Under the pieces are notes generated by a model. The model was given only the letters and a program-made list of their open reading frames with translations, was not told the origin of the DNA and searched no databases. A stretch of DNA of 57,735 bases, counting the filler, from Ionaspis alba (lineage: Eukaryota), in NCBI GenBank assembly GCA_964255285.1. It is 4 parts of 4 records of this genome, joined end to end, with 100 filler letters (N's around TTAATTAATTAA, not from the genome) between each part and the next. Parts side by side here need not be neighbours in the genome. Positions count along the whole stretch, not along the records: positions 1 to 14,397 come from CAXUUL010000422.1; positions 14,498 to 28,876 come from CAXUUL010000423.1; 2 more parts are not named here. One strand, 5' to 3'. This document shows, one piece after another, positions 12,101 to 23,752 of this stretch; positions within the stretch are counted from its first letter, which is position 1, and the number at the start of each line of letters is the position of its first letter. The position numbers were made by a program, and so were the translations under genes.

Positions 12101-12264
12101 ACAGAGTTCAATTGATCTTGAGCTCGAGCCGAGAGTGAAGCTGTTGAACGTGCTATTGCTTGACCGATCCTGTCCCGATAGCAAAGGGTACAGCGCTGGA
12201 GCTTCCCTTCGACGCTCAGAGCTTCGCTAGGTGGATCAGTGGTCGCTCCGATCTCATGCGCCAT
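9163..12264 (-). CDS. Patatin-like phospholipase-domain protein with helical (HeLo-like) N-terminus; catalytic Ser and Asp absent (5 exons)
   Basis: Spliced by hand (introns 11809-11869, ~11069-11119, ~10834-10884, ~10553-10605): LLSLDGGGIRSFSSL, FDIIAGTGTGGLIAIMLGRL, EVARATTATPYYF, LVSGDLAGFNP, VVSIGAG, YLRLSVQSGLEDI follow the patatin motif order. The 3' end is uncertain. Confidence 0.85.
11430..11550 (-). repeat. 54-nt (18-aa) coding tandem repeat, 2 copies plus a partial third
   Basis: GGAATATTGAAT at 11461 and 11515; protein EVVPGRFNIPQLADATEQ / GIVPGKFNIPQPVNETEP / SKIVSGK. Confidence 0.8.
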
Positions 12265-12568
12265 TTCGCATGTAGTATACTCAAGTTAAGGCGCTGCGAA
12301 CCAAGTCGACAATATCATCATATATAATGATGGTGCTCCCCAGACGTTGCCATCATGGACCACAAGATTCATGAATTAGGACGGAGCCGCGCAAGGCTGC
12401 CAGCTGACACCACGAGTGATCGATGTGGCTTGAGGCTGAAAGATGCGCGAGGCTGAAGGATCTCCCAAGTCTTTCTCGTGATAAGGCACTCTCCCAACTT
12501 GGAGTGGAATAATGACCTGGAAAGTTTGCAGTCGATTCAACCCGTTGAAGTAATCCTTCAATCTTGAT

Positions 12569-14392
12569 ATGGCGGAAGCTTTGGCGATATTTGGAGCCAT
12601 ATCTGCGACAATTGGCCTCCTGAACCTTGCTCGATTAGGTTTCATCGGCCTTGTCAAGGACTGTGAGAACTACCAGGAAGTCGGCAAGAAAATCACGATC
12701 ATTCAACGTCAAATCAATGGCTTTCAAGTGCGTCTCAAGGCATGGAGGGGCCTTTGGGTTTGCGATGGTCGAGTTGACGAGGAACTACTGGAAGGATTTT
12801 GGGGAAAAGAAGGCTGGCAAACGATCGCACATCAATTGGCAGCAATTGACCTTCGATGTCTCGACATAGCAACCATACTAAAGCCCTTTGCAGTGGAGAC
12901 TGATCTCGACGCGCTTTCACAAAATGACCGAATCGATGCATTGGCCCGCGTGGAAATGCATGCTCGTACTCAAAGTCAGGAGCACGGAAAATTGCAGAAG
13001 CGTAATCACATTCCCGACTTCGTCAAACGAGCCCTGGCAGGGAAGCCGCAAGAAGAAACGAAAGAGCAAAAGCTGATAGAGCTACGGGCACTCGCGCAAC
13101 ATGCTCAGAGTAGCACAAGCACTAAGAAGAAACTGAAACTCGTGCTTCGTACTGGCGAAAAATTGGAAGACCAATTACGGACTTTGCGCAGTGACTGGAT
13201 TGATCTTGAGAGCTCTGTGGAGACTTTCTGGACACAGAACCACTCTCGGAACTGGAAGACTTGCACGTACTCGGAACGAGAAACTCTGGCCTTGACGACC
13301 TTATACGGATATGTACTGAAGGAAGCCGTCCGAAACCGCATCGCCATAAGGACTCTGCACGAATGTTGTTCGAGAGCAACAACTACCGTGAGGCTTGAGA
13401 TTGATTTACTAAAAGCTACAGATACAGGAGAAGGGCGTCGTGTGCGGTTTCCCCTGCTCATGCCAGGGTCTGACAGGAAGCTCTTTCTTCTTGTCGTTGA
13501 GCCTCTGGGAAACGCTGCTCCTGCCGGCGTCGTCGAGTTTTACGAACAGTTTCGAGATGCACTGGGTCATACGGAAAGAAACGGGAATTGTTATCTCAGC
13601 ACATCATATCCAGGAGAATGCAATGGGGTAGACGCACAGCACCCCAGCCCTACTACATCATTGTACTTCTCACTCAGCAAGCTCAACGACAATTCATTCA
13701 ACACGAATAAGAGATTCAAGGATCTCACATATAAATTGAAGTACATGTCTGATGTGGAGCGTTTCGAGCTGGCATACAGGGTCGTTGAAAGCGGACTCCT
13801 ACTCTTGGGTACTTCATGGATGTCACGATTCAACAGCGCGTCCCTCTTCCGACTCAAGGCACCGGATCAGCCACCAAGATACGTTCTTCGTGTTATGAAG
13901 AATTTTCCGGACAGCGTGCTTGACAGCATCACGCAAGAGAGGGCATTGATTGAGCCTAACATTTTCAGCATGGGTATCATGCTCGTGGAAATCGCTCTCT
14001 GCACGCAGGTAGTCGACATTGAGAAACTTGGAGCAGAGCTATGCTTGGTACATGGTGAAATCTCCGGTCAAGATCGGTCTACACGGCAACGCATTGTACA
14101 TCTTGTCAGAAGCAAAATGGGTGATGATTATTCCTTAGCTGTTCAATACTGCCTGCAGGATCCCACGCATATGAACCCCGGAGCTTCGATCAGCGCTTGG
14201 CGAGATGCCACAATGTCTGACGAAGAAAAGTATGCCACAGTAATGAACGAGTTCTATAGTGAAGCACTGGTCAGGTGAGTCGTTCCGTAATCTGTGGACA
14301 ACCACCGAATTCAATATACTCATCGCGGTGGCAGACTCGCTCATGCACGCTCTCTGTGCGGCAATCGCCAACGTGCTCCTTGCGCACCTTGA
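12569..14392 (+). CDS. HeLo-like N-terminal domain plus degenerate kinase-like C-terminal domain (2 exons; intron ~14275-14333)
   Basis: Hydrophobic N-helix MAEALAIFGAISATIGLLNL then QVRLKAWRGLW (HeLo/HELL-like). C-terminal RFELAYRVVESGLLLLGTSW, IFSMGIMLVEIAL, MGDDYSLAVQYCL resemble a kinase C-lobe; no HRD/DFG. GTGAGT donor and short last exon LAHARSLCGNRQRAPCAP*. Confidence 0.75.
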
Positions 14393-14397
14393 TTAGG

Positions 14398-14497
14398 NNN
14401 NNNNNNNNNNNNNNNNNNNNNNNNNNNNNNNNNNNNNNNNNTTAATTAATTAANNNNNNNNNNNNNNNNNNNNNNNNNNNNNNNNNNNNNNNNNNNN
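14398..14497. other. Artificial contig-join linker (N-TTAATTAATTAA-N)
   Basis: Six-frame stop spacer at 14442-14453 inside a 100-nt N block. Confidence 0.97.
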
Positions 14498-15936
14498 CCT
14501 GCTCCCAAGGTCCCCTCAACGCACAAACCAGCAAACCAAAAGCCACAAAACCTACACTAGTACTCCCACTCGCGACCCACCCTCCCCTCGCATAGACATG
14601 ATTTCCAACCGCCGTCCCAACCAACTGCCCACAAAACACACTCGCCATATACGCCGTATTCACTCTATTCCTCGCCTTAGGCGCAATCGCATAAATCGCA
14701 CTCCTGTTCGCAATCTGGCTCGTCTGCAATCCCAAATCAACCGCGAAAGCTTGGATTACTGGCCCAGCAACTGTATGCGTGCCAGTGTAAGTGCCAATGA
14801 CAATACCCACTAGGCAGAAGCACAGACCCAGAATGACGCTGAAGAGAGGCACGAAGCGATCGATGACGAGGCGGGAGTAGGGCGGGCCAAGGAACATGCT
14901 CGCGATGCCAATGAGCGCGAAGAGGCCGATAATAAGGGGAGGATAATTGTATGGCGGCGTGGCGAGCAGGAATGTGAGGGTTGTCCAGTATGTCATGAAA
15001 GGGGCTGAGGCGCTGAAACCGACGAGGCACGCCTGCGCCAGGACGGGCTCGGTGAAGAGGATGCGGGGGATGGAGATGAGGATTTGGGGGTAGCTGAGGC
15101 CGGTGGGATTCGTGGAGGGGTAGTCGGGCATGCAGAGCCAGAGTAGCAGCAGTATGAGGTATTGCAGTCCGAAGGAGAGCCAGTAGATGGTTCGCCACGA
15201 GGTATATTGTGTAAGAATGCCGGACAGAACACGAGCAAGGAGCATACCGAGGAGGACACCGGATACGACGATAGAGAGCGATGTGGCGCGCCGGTTTGGA
15301 GGCGCGAGGTCCCCAACGAGGGGTAGCATCAGCTGTGGGGTTACTGTTGTCACGGAGGTGAGGAGGGAGAGGAGACAGAAGGCGGGGAAGGAGTTGGTGA
15401 GGCAGAGGCCGATCCTGGGTTGCGGTTAGCCGTCTGGATTGGCGCATTCGAAATTGTTATAGAGCGACGACTTGGAGACTGTATACATACCAGACTGTGG
15501 CCGTAAACCAGACCAAGACCAGGACAAACACCCTCCTCTTAAATAGATCACCAAGCGGACAGAGGAAGACCAATCCAATGGCATACCCTGCCTGCATCAT
15601 TGTCGGTATTAACGAGGCCCGCTCATAGCTGACATCAAAGTCGTCCGCCAGTTTATTTAAGATCGGGTGGTTATAGTAGAGGTTTGCAACTGTGAAGCAG
15701 GCAGCGAAGCCGAAGAGGAAGTTCAGGCTCATGGAAAACCGTGGTGGATTCGCTGGATCCCAGCGACATCGCCGAGGCGTGTAGGTGAGGATCGTGTAGA
15801 TTCTCTGCCATGGCGACGGCGTGTAATCAAGATCTGTAGACTTTGGGCAAGCACTGGTATCTGTAACATTGTCGATGGTGTGGGAAGGGCAGAAAGGGCG
15901 TTGAGTTTCGGGGTTAACTGGATTCGCTGCTGTCAT
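14498..15936 (-). CDS. Major facilitator superfamily transporter (YnfM/YdeR-like), 3' end cut by contig edge
   Basis: FTVANLYYNHPIL, QAGYAIGLVFLCPLGDLFKRR, TTVTPQLMLPLVGDLA, ARNRVNTAYM; multiple TM segments; intron ~15416-15489. True start may lie near 16018 if GTATGT at ~15952 is a donor. Confidence 0.88.
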
Positions 15937-15982
15937 GGTCGTAGAACATACGGCCGTGAGCACGCGGATGACACCGAGATTG

Positions 15983-16192
15983 GAGAGGCATAGTCTCCAT
16001 CTCTATGCGTTTGGACATCTTCTCGGAGTAGAAGATCNNNNNNNNNNNNNNNNNNNNNNNNNNNNNNNNNNNNNNNNNNNNNNNNNNNNNNNNNNNNNNN
16101 NNNNNNNNNNNNNNNNNNNNNNNNNNNNNNNNNNNNNGAGAGGCATAGTCTCCATCTCTATGCGTTTGGACATCTTCTCGGAGTAGAAGATC
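15983..16192. other. 100-N scaffold gap with identical 55-nt flanks (unmerged overlap)
   Basis: 15983-16037 is identical to 16138-16192. Confidence 0.93.
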
Positions 16193-16777
16193 TACTAGAC
16201 GTGCCCGGTTGTAGATTATGACGGAATAGGTAGTTGAGAAGTTTTGCAGATGCCGAGAAACCCGTCCACTTTGCCTCTTGGACTCGCTTCCCAAAACCCT
16301 AGCTTCTCTGACGGTACGGATTGTATAGAGCTCGATTCTTCGGATGGACGATTCAGATATCGAGACATGAGGCTCTGTTGCCAATTCAAGCATATCATGA
16401 TCTACTCGTCAATTAAATTGCGCAGCAGTACTTAATGCTTTTGGTTAAGCACCCTAAAGAATAATTACACAAACCTAGCCGCCAAAATAAAGGGATAAAA
16501 ACTGTATGTCGAGCAACAATCTATGTCCAAATCCTTCATCATAGCTCATAGTTCTCGTAAATAGGTAATCCAAATACAAGAAGCGGGAAGGAGTTGGGTA
16601 TCATATCACAACAACGCAGCGCTGGCTCAAAAAAAAAAAATAAAGGCACAAAACGCTCAGCCGTCCACCGACTTTTGTCATAAATCTGCCATAAGAATCG
16701 TGACTCATAACCATGATATTCTGTTATTCGTATCTGTATATGTTGTATCTGTCGGTATGGCGTAGAGGACGCCAGGA

Positions 16778-18966
16778 TTATATTCGCCCCTCAGCGACAT
16801 CTTCGATCATTTTCATGAAATCTTTCGCGTCTGCAAGCCTTTTCGTCAGCAGGCAACTTCTCCATGATAATTGAGTGCGAGACAAAATCTCAATAGTTGG
16901 GCAGGATATAGAAGGGCGTCGTACCCCTTGAAGACGTGAAGACTAATTCATGTTGTCCTTGCGGTCCCAAACAGGGCTCATAGTCCTCCGAAAAGATGAA
17001 GCGACCCAATGTAGTGAAGTGAACTTTTCGAGGTTCATAGAGGCTCATCCAGCGAATCGAAGCGACTTCGTAGGTTATGAAGGCGGTCCAGATGGGGGCA
17101 CTATGCAAATCGTGATGTTAGACACATCTAAACAGAGCTTTGCTTACAGATGTCAGCGAATACGTACTTCTTCATCTCGCCTCCTCTAGCAGATGCTTGT
17201 AGGCGCACGCCGGTCGAGTCTTCATCCTTCAAGATGTGAAGGGCGTGCTCGTAAGTGTCGTCGATGATAGGTCTATTGGATGATGTTAGACAAATCTGCG
17301 TGGCGGATACCACAGATGAAGGGAGAGACGGAGCAATACATACGCACTAAAAAGTAACTTTTCCCCTTTGAGAGCGTAATCTTCGAGCCGGCGGATGGGA
17401 TTGGCTTGGTCTTGTGCTTTGAGCGCAAGGAATGTGCAGAAGAAAAGTATGAGTCCTATACGACAGCTGTCAGAGAACTGATCAGATACACATCGTACTG
17501 TTCGGACTAACGCTCATAGCTCGTAAAGCGCAGATTTGCCCACAAGGTCAGCGAACTGCGACGCTCCTGTCGGCATATCTGAAGACAAGACTGGCTGCGG
17601 ACAACTCGCAACTGGGTTATAGGATAGCATGATTGTAGACGCTGTCGACTTCGATCCCATTTGCATAGCATGCGCGCACGGTTGTCAGTTTCACGAAAAT
17701 ATATCCGCACTTCCATAGCGTCCATAGGCCTGTCCGGTCAGCCATATCTATAATATCGATTGTGTCAAGCCACTTACAGCCTGAGAATTTCGTCGTAGTC
17801 TTTCTTGACCAGGTTGCTTGCGCCTGGCATGTGCTCTCCTACACAGGTAGACCTAGCCACGATCAGCGTCGAAACGGGCAAGATGAGTCGATCGGATAAG
17901 ACGTACTCTGTACCCGTGGTCTTGAAGACTGTTGTCGGACGACTCTGATCGAACGCAGTGACTGCCCAATGCGTGCTTTCGAAGGAGCCATGAGTGGAAG
18001 TATGGGTTGAGCTAGTAGAAGTTGTCGCGGTTGGAGACAGTGGCGGCTCGGGGCCATATGGCGGACGTCGAGGGACATATCCTGGGGAGGACGGACGGCG
18101 GGGCATGAAGCCGGGTGATGGGGGTCTTCGCGGAAGAGGTCGTCTCCGTGGCGGATCGGGCGCTAGGACTTGTCCATTTAGTCGATCACCGAGCGGTCTA
18201 ACACGTTCCCAAGACGGGACTCGCGGTGCTTGACAATTATTAGTATCCAGGAAATGAAGAATGTGTCAACGCAAAACGTGAGGAAGATAAGAAGATGCTG
18301 TAACATGATCCAAAAAAGCTGGCTAATGATGGAGAATCAAGCTGAAAAGATTTTGTAGACGCTCTAGGTAGTGTGGAGGCTACTGACTTCCAATTGATAA
18401 GGCTGCAAGATCAGCCTGTAGCCTGTCGTCCTGGTATTGAAGCAGTACTTCGATCTTGTACTCAAGATCTTGAAAGTCACGGCTGGGACTGTATCTGAAG
18501 AGTTTTTAGCAAGAACAGGAATCTTCCATTAGCTCGAGGGTACCCACCCTTCAACCATATCAACTAGATCCGACAAGAATCGTTGATAGTAATCTAATCG
18601 TGTCACGAGAGCGTTGTTACTCTCGTTAAAGAAATGATCCTCAATATCTCGCCAGACTCCGTTATAGGCTTCGGTCTTGGTACGGTAGGACGGATTGCTC
18701 AATCCGCCAAATAACCTATGTATATCGCGAAAGGTATACTCCAGACTCCGAAGAGCGATTCGTTTGTATTCCTCGACCTCGTCAACACCAACTGCATTTC
18801 TCGGGTTGCTCTCGGCATCTCTGAGAGTGAGTAGGGCTGAGCTGACGGTAAGAAGCTTTGCTGCTAGTGCGGCGATCTCGCCCTCAGCGTTCACAACGGG
18901 CTCCTGGAATTCTAGGAAAGCGGCGGCGAGGTCTTGCGCATCCTCTGAATTGGCGGTGAGAGCCAT
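16778..18966 (-). CDS. Multi-exon hypothetical protein (helical N-domain, Pro-rich linker, beta-rich C-terminal domains)
   Basis: Chain of minus-strand ORF pieces linked by GT..CTRAC..YAG introns: MALTANSEDAQDLAAAFLEF.., HWAVTAFD, EVRIYFRETDNRARM, LWANLRFTSYER, HALHILKDEDSTGVRLQAS, PIWTAFIT, last exon DAKDFMKMIEDVAEGRI*. Confidence 0.8.
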
Positions 18967-20342
18967 GATGGGGGATGAACAGCAAGGAGATTCTCTCCGC
19001 TCCGGCTGCGACAGCGACGTCTTCTTCGTTGATGCGTTTCCAATATCCCTGGTATTCACTCATGGCCTTGAGAAGTGGGGGGTGGATAGTTGCGGTCGCT
19101 CTGACTGCGCGGGCAGAGCCATGCCCGCTTCACGCTATAAGAAAGCTTTCTGATTGTGCGGCTCTTTCGAGTGTAGAAGTGCGTTGACGTGTCTGCGCTC
19201 AGCTAATCACAATCTCTGAGATGCAGTTAGAAAGGCTGGTACGAAGTAGCGCTGGCATCGTGGCCGTTATTGCATAAGCACCCCGACCCACGATCCAGTA
19301 GATCAAGAGGGCAAGACCGCCTTTTGAGAAAATGTACCGGTAGCAACATGAAGCCAACGCGCCGAAGCCGATCGGCCACTGGTTCGCTCGGTCGAGAAGA
19401 GAGTTGGGTCTTCATGCACGAGGTGAGGGAGGAGACCAATTGAGATCGTGCGGGCGGGGGGAAAGGCGGGATTAGCTGATCGATTAGACACGGACCGGTG
19501 GACTCGATGCTTTGCAGGAGATAAAATCACCTTACAGGACATGCGCCAGCTAAGCCCATTGTCTAAAGAACAATCATATAGGGCCTTTCGGAGGCTGATG
19601 GGATTTGATGTACTGATCTGGAAATTCTGGTGATGGGCTCTGATGTTGACTTTGAGGTGCTTACTAAAACATTCATTCCGGTCGGTTCGTGAATTGATTG
19701 ATAGAGGAAAGTTTTTGTATGAAGATAGCTGCTGGGATTGCATTCAGCTCCACCGGGTACCTCTGATCATCCTTCAAACTTGTCATGCAGTTGGAGGTCT
19801 GCAAAATCACATGAACGATGCAGCGCGGTCTCATTTGTGTATTCATCATCCCACGCGCCCAGAGTCGGGCAACGTCTCTTAGTATGCCGTGTAACCGGCG
19901 GCAGAACCGAGTACGATTGATTCACCACGCAAGATTGGACGATGAAGATACGCCAGCAAGATTGATTGGAGGCTAGTGTACAAAAACATCGCCATAGCTA
20001 GTCGAACCTGTGCCTCGACGCCATCTTGTAGAGATACAGGACCTAGCAATTTCCCACACCTAGATTGGTTGGAAAGCTTTGCTTGGATCCGGCGAAAGCA
20101 AGGCCCATGAAAATGATGTCGACCACGAGCTAAAATCCACTCTCCCTCATCCTGCGACCTTGGTTGCAAGCAGTACATGATGAGTCAATTATCCGATATT
20201 CCAGGAGCATACGAGCAAGAAAAAGACGAGAGGTCAGGAAAGGAAGTAGAGGTAGAGTGGAGACCTGCAGACGACTATTGACCTTCCGAAGAGTTCTTCG
20301 GATGATCATGGGTTGGAGATAGTCGGTAAGGATTCTGCCAAC

Positions 20343-20846
20343 CTATTCCTCATCCTCGTCGTCATCGGCGCGAGCCTGTGGTCATCATCAGCGATTATTC
20401 TCGTGTAGAATGTGAGTGCGCAAGCTTGGACGTACAGCATAGTTGGCCTTCTCGGTCTCGTAACGTTCCTTGTCATTCTTGGACTTGAGCTCGTATGGTT
20501 CGCGTTGTTTGGCGCTGAGTTTCTTCCAGCGCTCACCCAGCTCCCTTCCGACTTCACCTGTAACGCGTCGAGGAATCAGCCGTTGACCCAGATAACGTGG
20601 CGGGGCAGTGTGCTCATACCGAATTTGATGCCTGGGTTATCCTCTCTGACTTTGTCACGCTGATCGTTTGCGAAGAACATGTAAGCAGACAAATTGCGCT
20701 TGGGCGCGTCAGGATCTAATCCTCACATCAGTTAGTAAATGCCTGCGACGTTCGAGAGATGGACGAGGAGACATGCCCTTCTTCTTCTTGCCAGCGGGCT
20801 CAGCCTTGGTCTTGGTCTTGCGGGAGGTGGTCTTTTCCTTAGGCAT
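20343..20846 (-). CDS. NHP6: HMG-box non-histone chromosomal protein Nhp6 (4 coding exons; probable 5'-UTR intron ~20857-21089)
   Basis: Spliced: [106 protein letters not shown]. Confidence 0.95.
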
Positions 20847-22408
20847 TTTGACTACTGGTTGAAGGTTCTCCATGTCAGTTGACGCGTCGACGGTGGAAGG
20901 AGAAGCATGCGAAACAAGTGAAATAGAGATACTGAGGTACAGAAGATGTGATGTGATCCTCTCGCATGACAACGCGTGTGAAAAGGTGGATTAGTGAAGG
21001 GCGCTGTTGCGGTCGCAATCAGGCGCGACGAGACGCAAACGCATTGCGATCATGGTGGAAGCAAAGACAAGCAAGACAGATAGCTTACCTGGTGGGATGC
21101 CCGAGTTTGGTCAGTTGTTGATTTTGGTGGTGGTGGGGAACTGGTCGCGCGTTAGAGGACCAGGTCAAGAACAACCAGACGAGGAAATTGAGGGAAAGCT
21201 GGATGATGAAGTCGGAATGAGAGGATCACAAGCCAGTTCAACTGAGAATCGCACGAATGCGACAGTTGAAAAGACATGATAGGATGGAATGGGAAGATGT
21301 GAAGCTGGAGAGTGAATTGCGAATGTTAGTGATTAGACGTACTCTGGGTTGAGGGTTGTTTCGGTCCTTAAGAGCTGTGAGCGGGTATGTGGTACTGCGG
21401 TGAGAGAGATGGTAGTAGTAGTAGGAGAGGGCAAAAGCGCAGAGGGAGGATTTTGGCTGAGAGCAAGAAATAAGGTGGGCGAAGCGGCCCCTTCCTCATA
21501 GAATCATGCGAAGAGAGGGGCCGCGCCGTGCTAGGGGCAGAAGGCACTACGGCACCGGCGAATCATCACAACACAGCATGGCAGCATTCCAACGCGCATC
21601 TCATCACTAGGGCCAGTGATGCTCATCACAATAAATCAACTGAATACTACCTGCAGATTCTCCTGCAATACTCATCCGTGCTAACCTCTACCGACCTTCT
21701 CCTTGGCCAAATTCAAAGTTAAGGTGCACAGTACGCAGGCAGCAGTCTCGCGGCCACCAACAAACCTGTTGTCGCTATCCTAGTGACACTGACCTGCTGC
21801 AGTAAGCAGTCGACGTGCCCGGCTACCTTATACTCTTTCTTCCTTCCTCTGCACCTATGGGAAGCGTCCAAAGTGGAAACAGACCATGTCCTCTTTCTCT
21901 GTATTCAGCACCGTCACGCCTGCGAAAGAGCGTTGGTCGCAGGCCAACAAGCAATTAAGCTATACATGCATCGGCGATGATAAGTGCGCGGAATAAGTGA
22001 CCGGCCACCCTTGTTCCTTCCCTCGTCCTCTGCAGAGATGGCTAAAGCTGCAACTTAGGGCTAAGCACTTTTGCCCACTGTTCATGCCTCATCGTGCAAT
22101 ATGTATGTGTATCTTGGAATAGGACCATGACCCACCCTAAATGGCCAGCAAACCCAGCTACATACCGCGACCTTTCAGGTGACCAGAACGGTGGTTAATA
22201 TGCCTGCCTAAGCCAATGGAACTGCAAAGCCTAGTGGCTTGTTGTTTCTTGGTCAGCGCATCTAGGCAGAACGGGCTTTCATCGATGAAGTGCTTCCAGT
22301 CTCCCCAGGTAAATATCGAGCCGTTGTTCCATATGTTATGGACAAGGCTACATCAACGCGCCTCTAAGTCCTCGCTGCCTGGGAAGACTCGCAGTAGAGC
22401 CTTTCCGG

Positions 22409-22618
22409 ATATTTTCTGTCAACCAGGTGCTGTTCCAGTTGTTGAGGTATCTCTCAATGAACCNNNNNNNNNNNNNNNNNNNNNNNNNNNNNNNNNNNNN
22501 NNNNNNNNNNNNNNNNNNNNNNNNNNNNNNNNNNNNNNNNNNNNNNNNNNNNNNNNNNNNNNNATATTTTCTGTCAACCAGGTGCTGTTCCAGTTGTTGA
22601 GGTATCTCTCAATGAACC
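22409..22618. other. 100-N scaffold gap with identical 55-nt flanks (unmerged overlap)
   Basis: 22409-22463 is identical to 22564-22618. Confidence 0.93.
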
Positions 22619-22648
22619 ATGTCAGAAGCATCCAGGTTATCATACCAT

Positions 22649-23517
22649 TCAGTCTTCGTCATCCAACACCAAATCTCGAAGCTCATCGTTTCGCGCCCAG
22701 TCAAGTCCACTTCCCACGACAATAGCTCCCACAAGGCTTTTCAGGATCCTCCATCTTCGTTTTGCTTCCTTGAGATCTACTTGTAAGGTTTTCATTTCGG
22801 CTCGTAGCTCGACATCATCGATGTCATCTATATTTTGTGCCTTCAGTTGGCTTGTCAAAGATAACAAGGTTGTCGTAAGCTCTCGGTTTCTTCGCGTAGA
22901 ACTTATGTTATCGGTTTGTGCCGTTGTCACTGCATTAAGCGTAGACTGCAACTCGGCGGACAGATTTGCCTGTGCTATTGAAAGAACGTCTCGTCGGTCT
23001 ATGAGTGGACGCAGATTCCTATATCTGGTTCAGCAACTTAGTCGTCTAATCCAACACACAAAGTGTACGACCTTTCGACTGAGGTAGCATTAGGACCGGA
23101 ATGAATAGCTTTGAGTATAGGATCAACCATGAGTACATTTTCCATAATGCTAGTAGAAAGTAGATATGTAGATCTTGCTTCCAGATATTCCTTTTCGGCA
23201 GCTTGGATCTGTAATTCCACGTCGTCAGAGGGCATCTCAGTATCGATATCTGATACTGCAGTGAGTCGAGATTCTTGAGACATCCTAATCTACGTCTTAC
23301 CACTGGAAAGCGAGGTCTGTGCCTCGAGGACAGCTCGTTCAAGTCGCAGCTCGCTCAGCTGATCGTAGAGGTCCAGAATTTTGTGTTCAGTCTCAGTGAA
23401 TGACACATCGTCGCGTGGTTCTCCCAGCTTCACAAAGTCCGCGAATGCATCAACAGGATCCTGGACTTCGACAATATCACTATTCGGCTTCGACACGCTG
23501 CTCACAGTGGTAACCAT
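22649..23517 (-). CDS. Centromere protein H (CENP-H/Mcm16/Fta3-like), spliced
   Basis: ILDLYDQLSELRLERAVL, ENVLMVDPILKAIH and C-terminal RRWRILKSLVGAIVVGSGLDWARNDELRDLVLD typical of CENP-H. Alternative ATG at 23535. Confidence 0.85.
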
Positions 23518-23752
23518 ATTTGATATGCGGTGCATTTGCTGGTAACAACTGCGCGGAACCTTGCAGTCTGTAACTTTCCACCAATCAGACTGACCTTTGC
23601 TGCACTAGTCCCAGTGCAGCGGAACCTATCATCAGCCCTATTGGACCACAGTCACCGGCGCCTGCAATTGCTGTGTCCACGGTTATTCGACTTCCAGATC
23701 ATTCTTCGGTGAGGAGCGAAGAGGAGGAAGCTGTGAAAAGCGTTGTTAGGGG

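Noticed and set aside
14442..14453. TTAATTAATTAA palindrome as a transposon target site or regulatory element
   Set aside because: Occurs three times, centred in N blocks; it is a synthetic six-frame stop linker.
15983..16192. 55-nt direct repeats (also 22409-22618) as LTR or target-site duplication
   Set aside because: Both pairs have the same 55-nt length around 100 Ns, consistent with assembler overlap.
19060..20300. Short ORFs and an ATGATGA C-box-like motif (~20177)
   Set aside because: No coding signature, no matching D box or terminal stem, and no tRNA cloverleaf around the GGTTCGA-like hit.
22150..22640. Stop-interrupted reading frame (..NIWNNGSIFTWGDWKHF..) as a pseudogene
   Set aside because: No identifiable family, and the region is disturbed by a scaffold gap.
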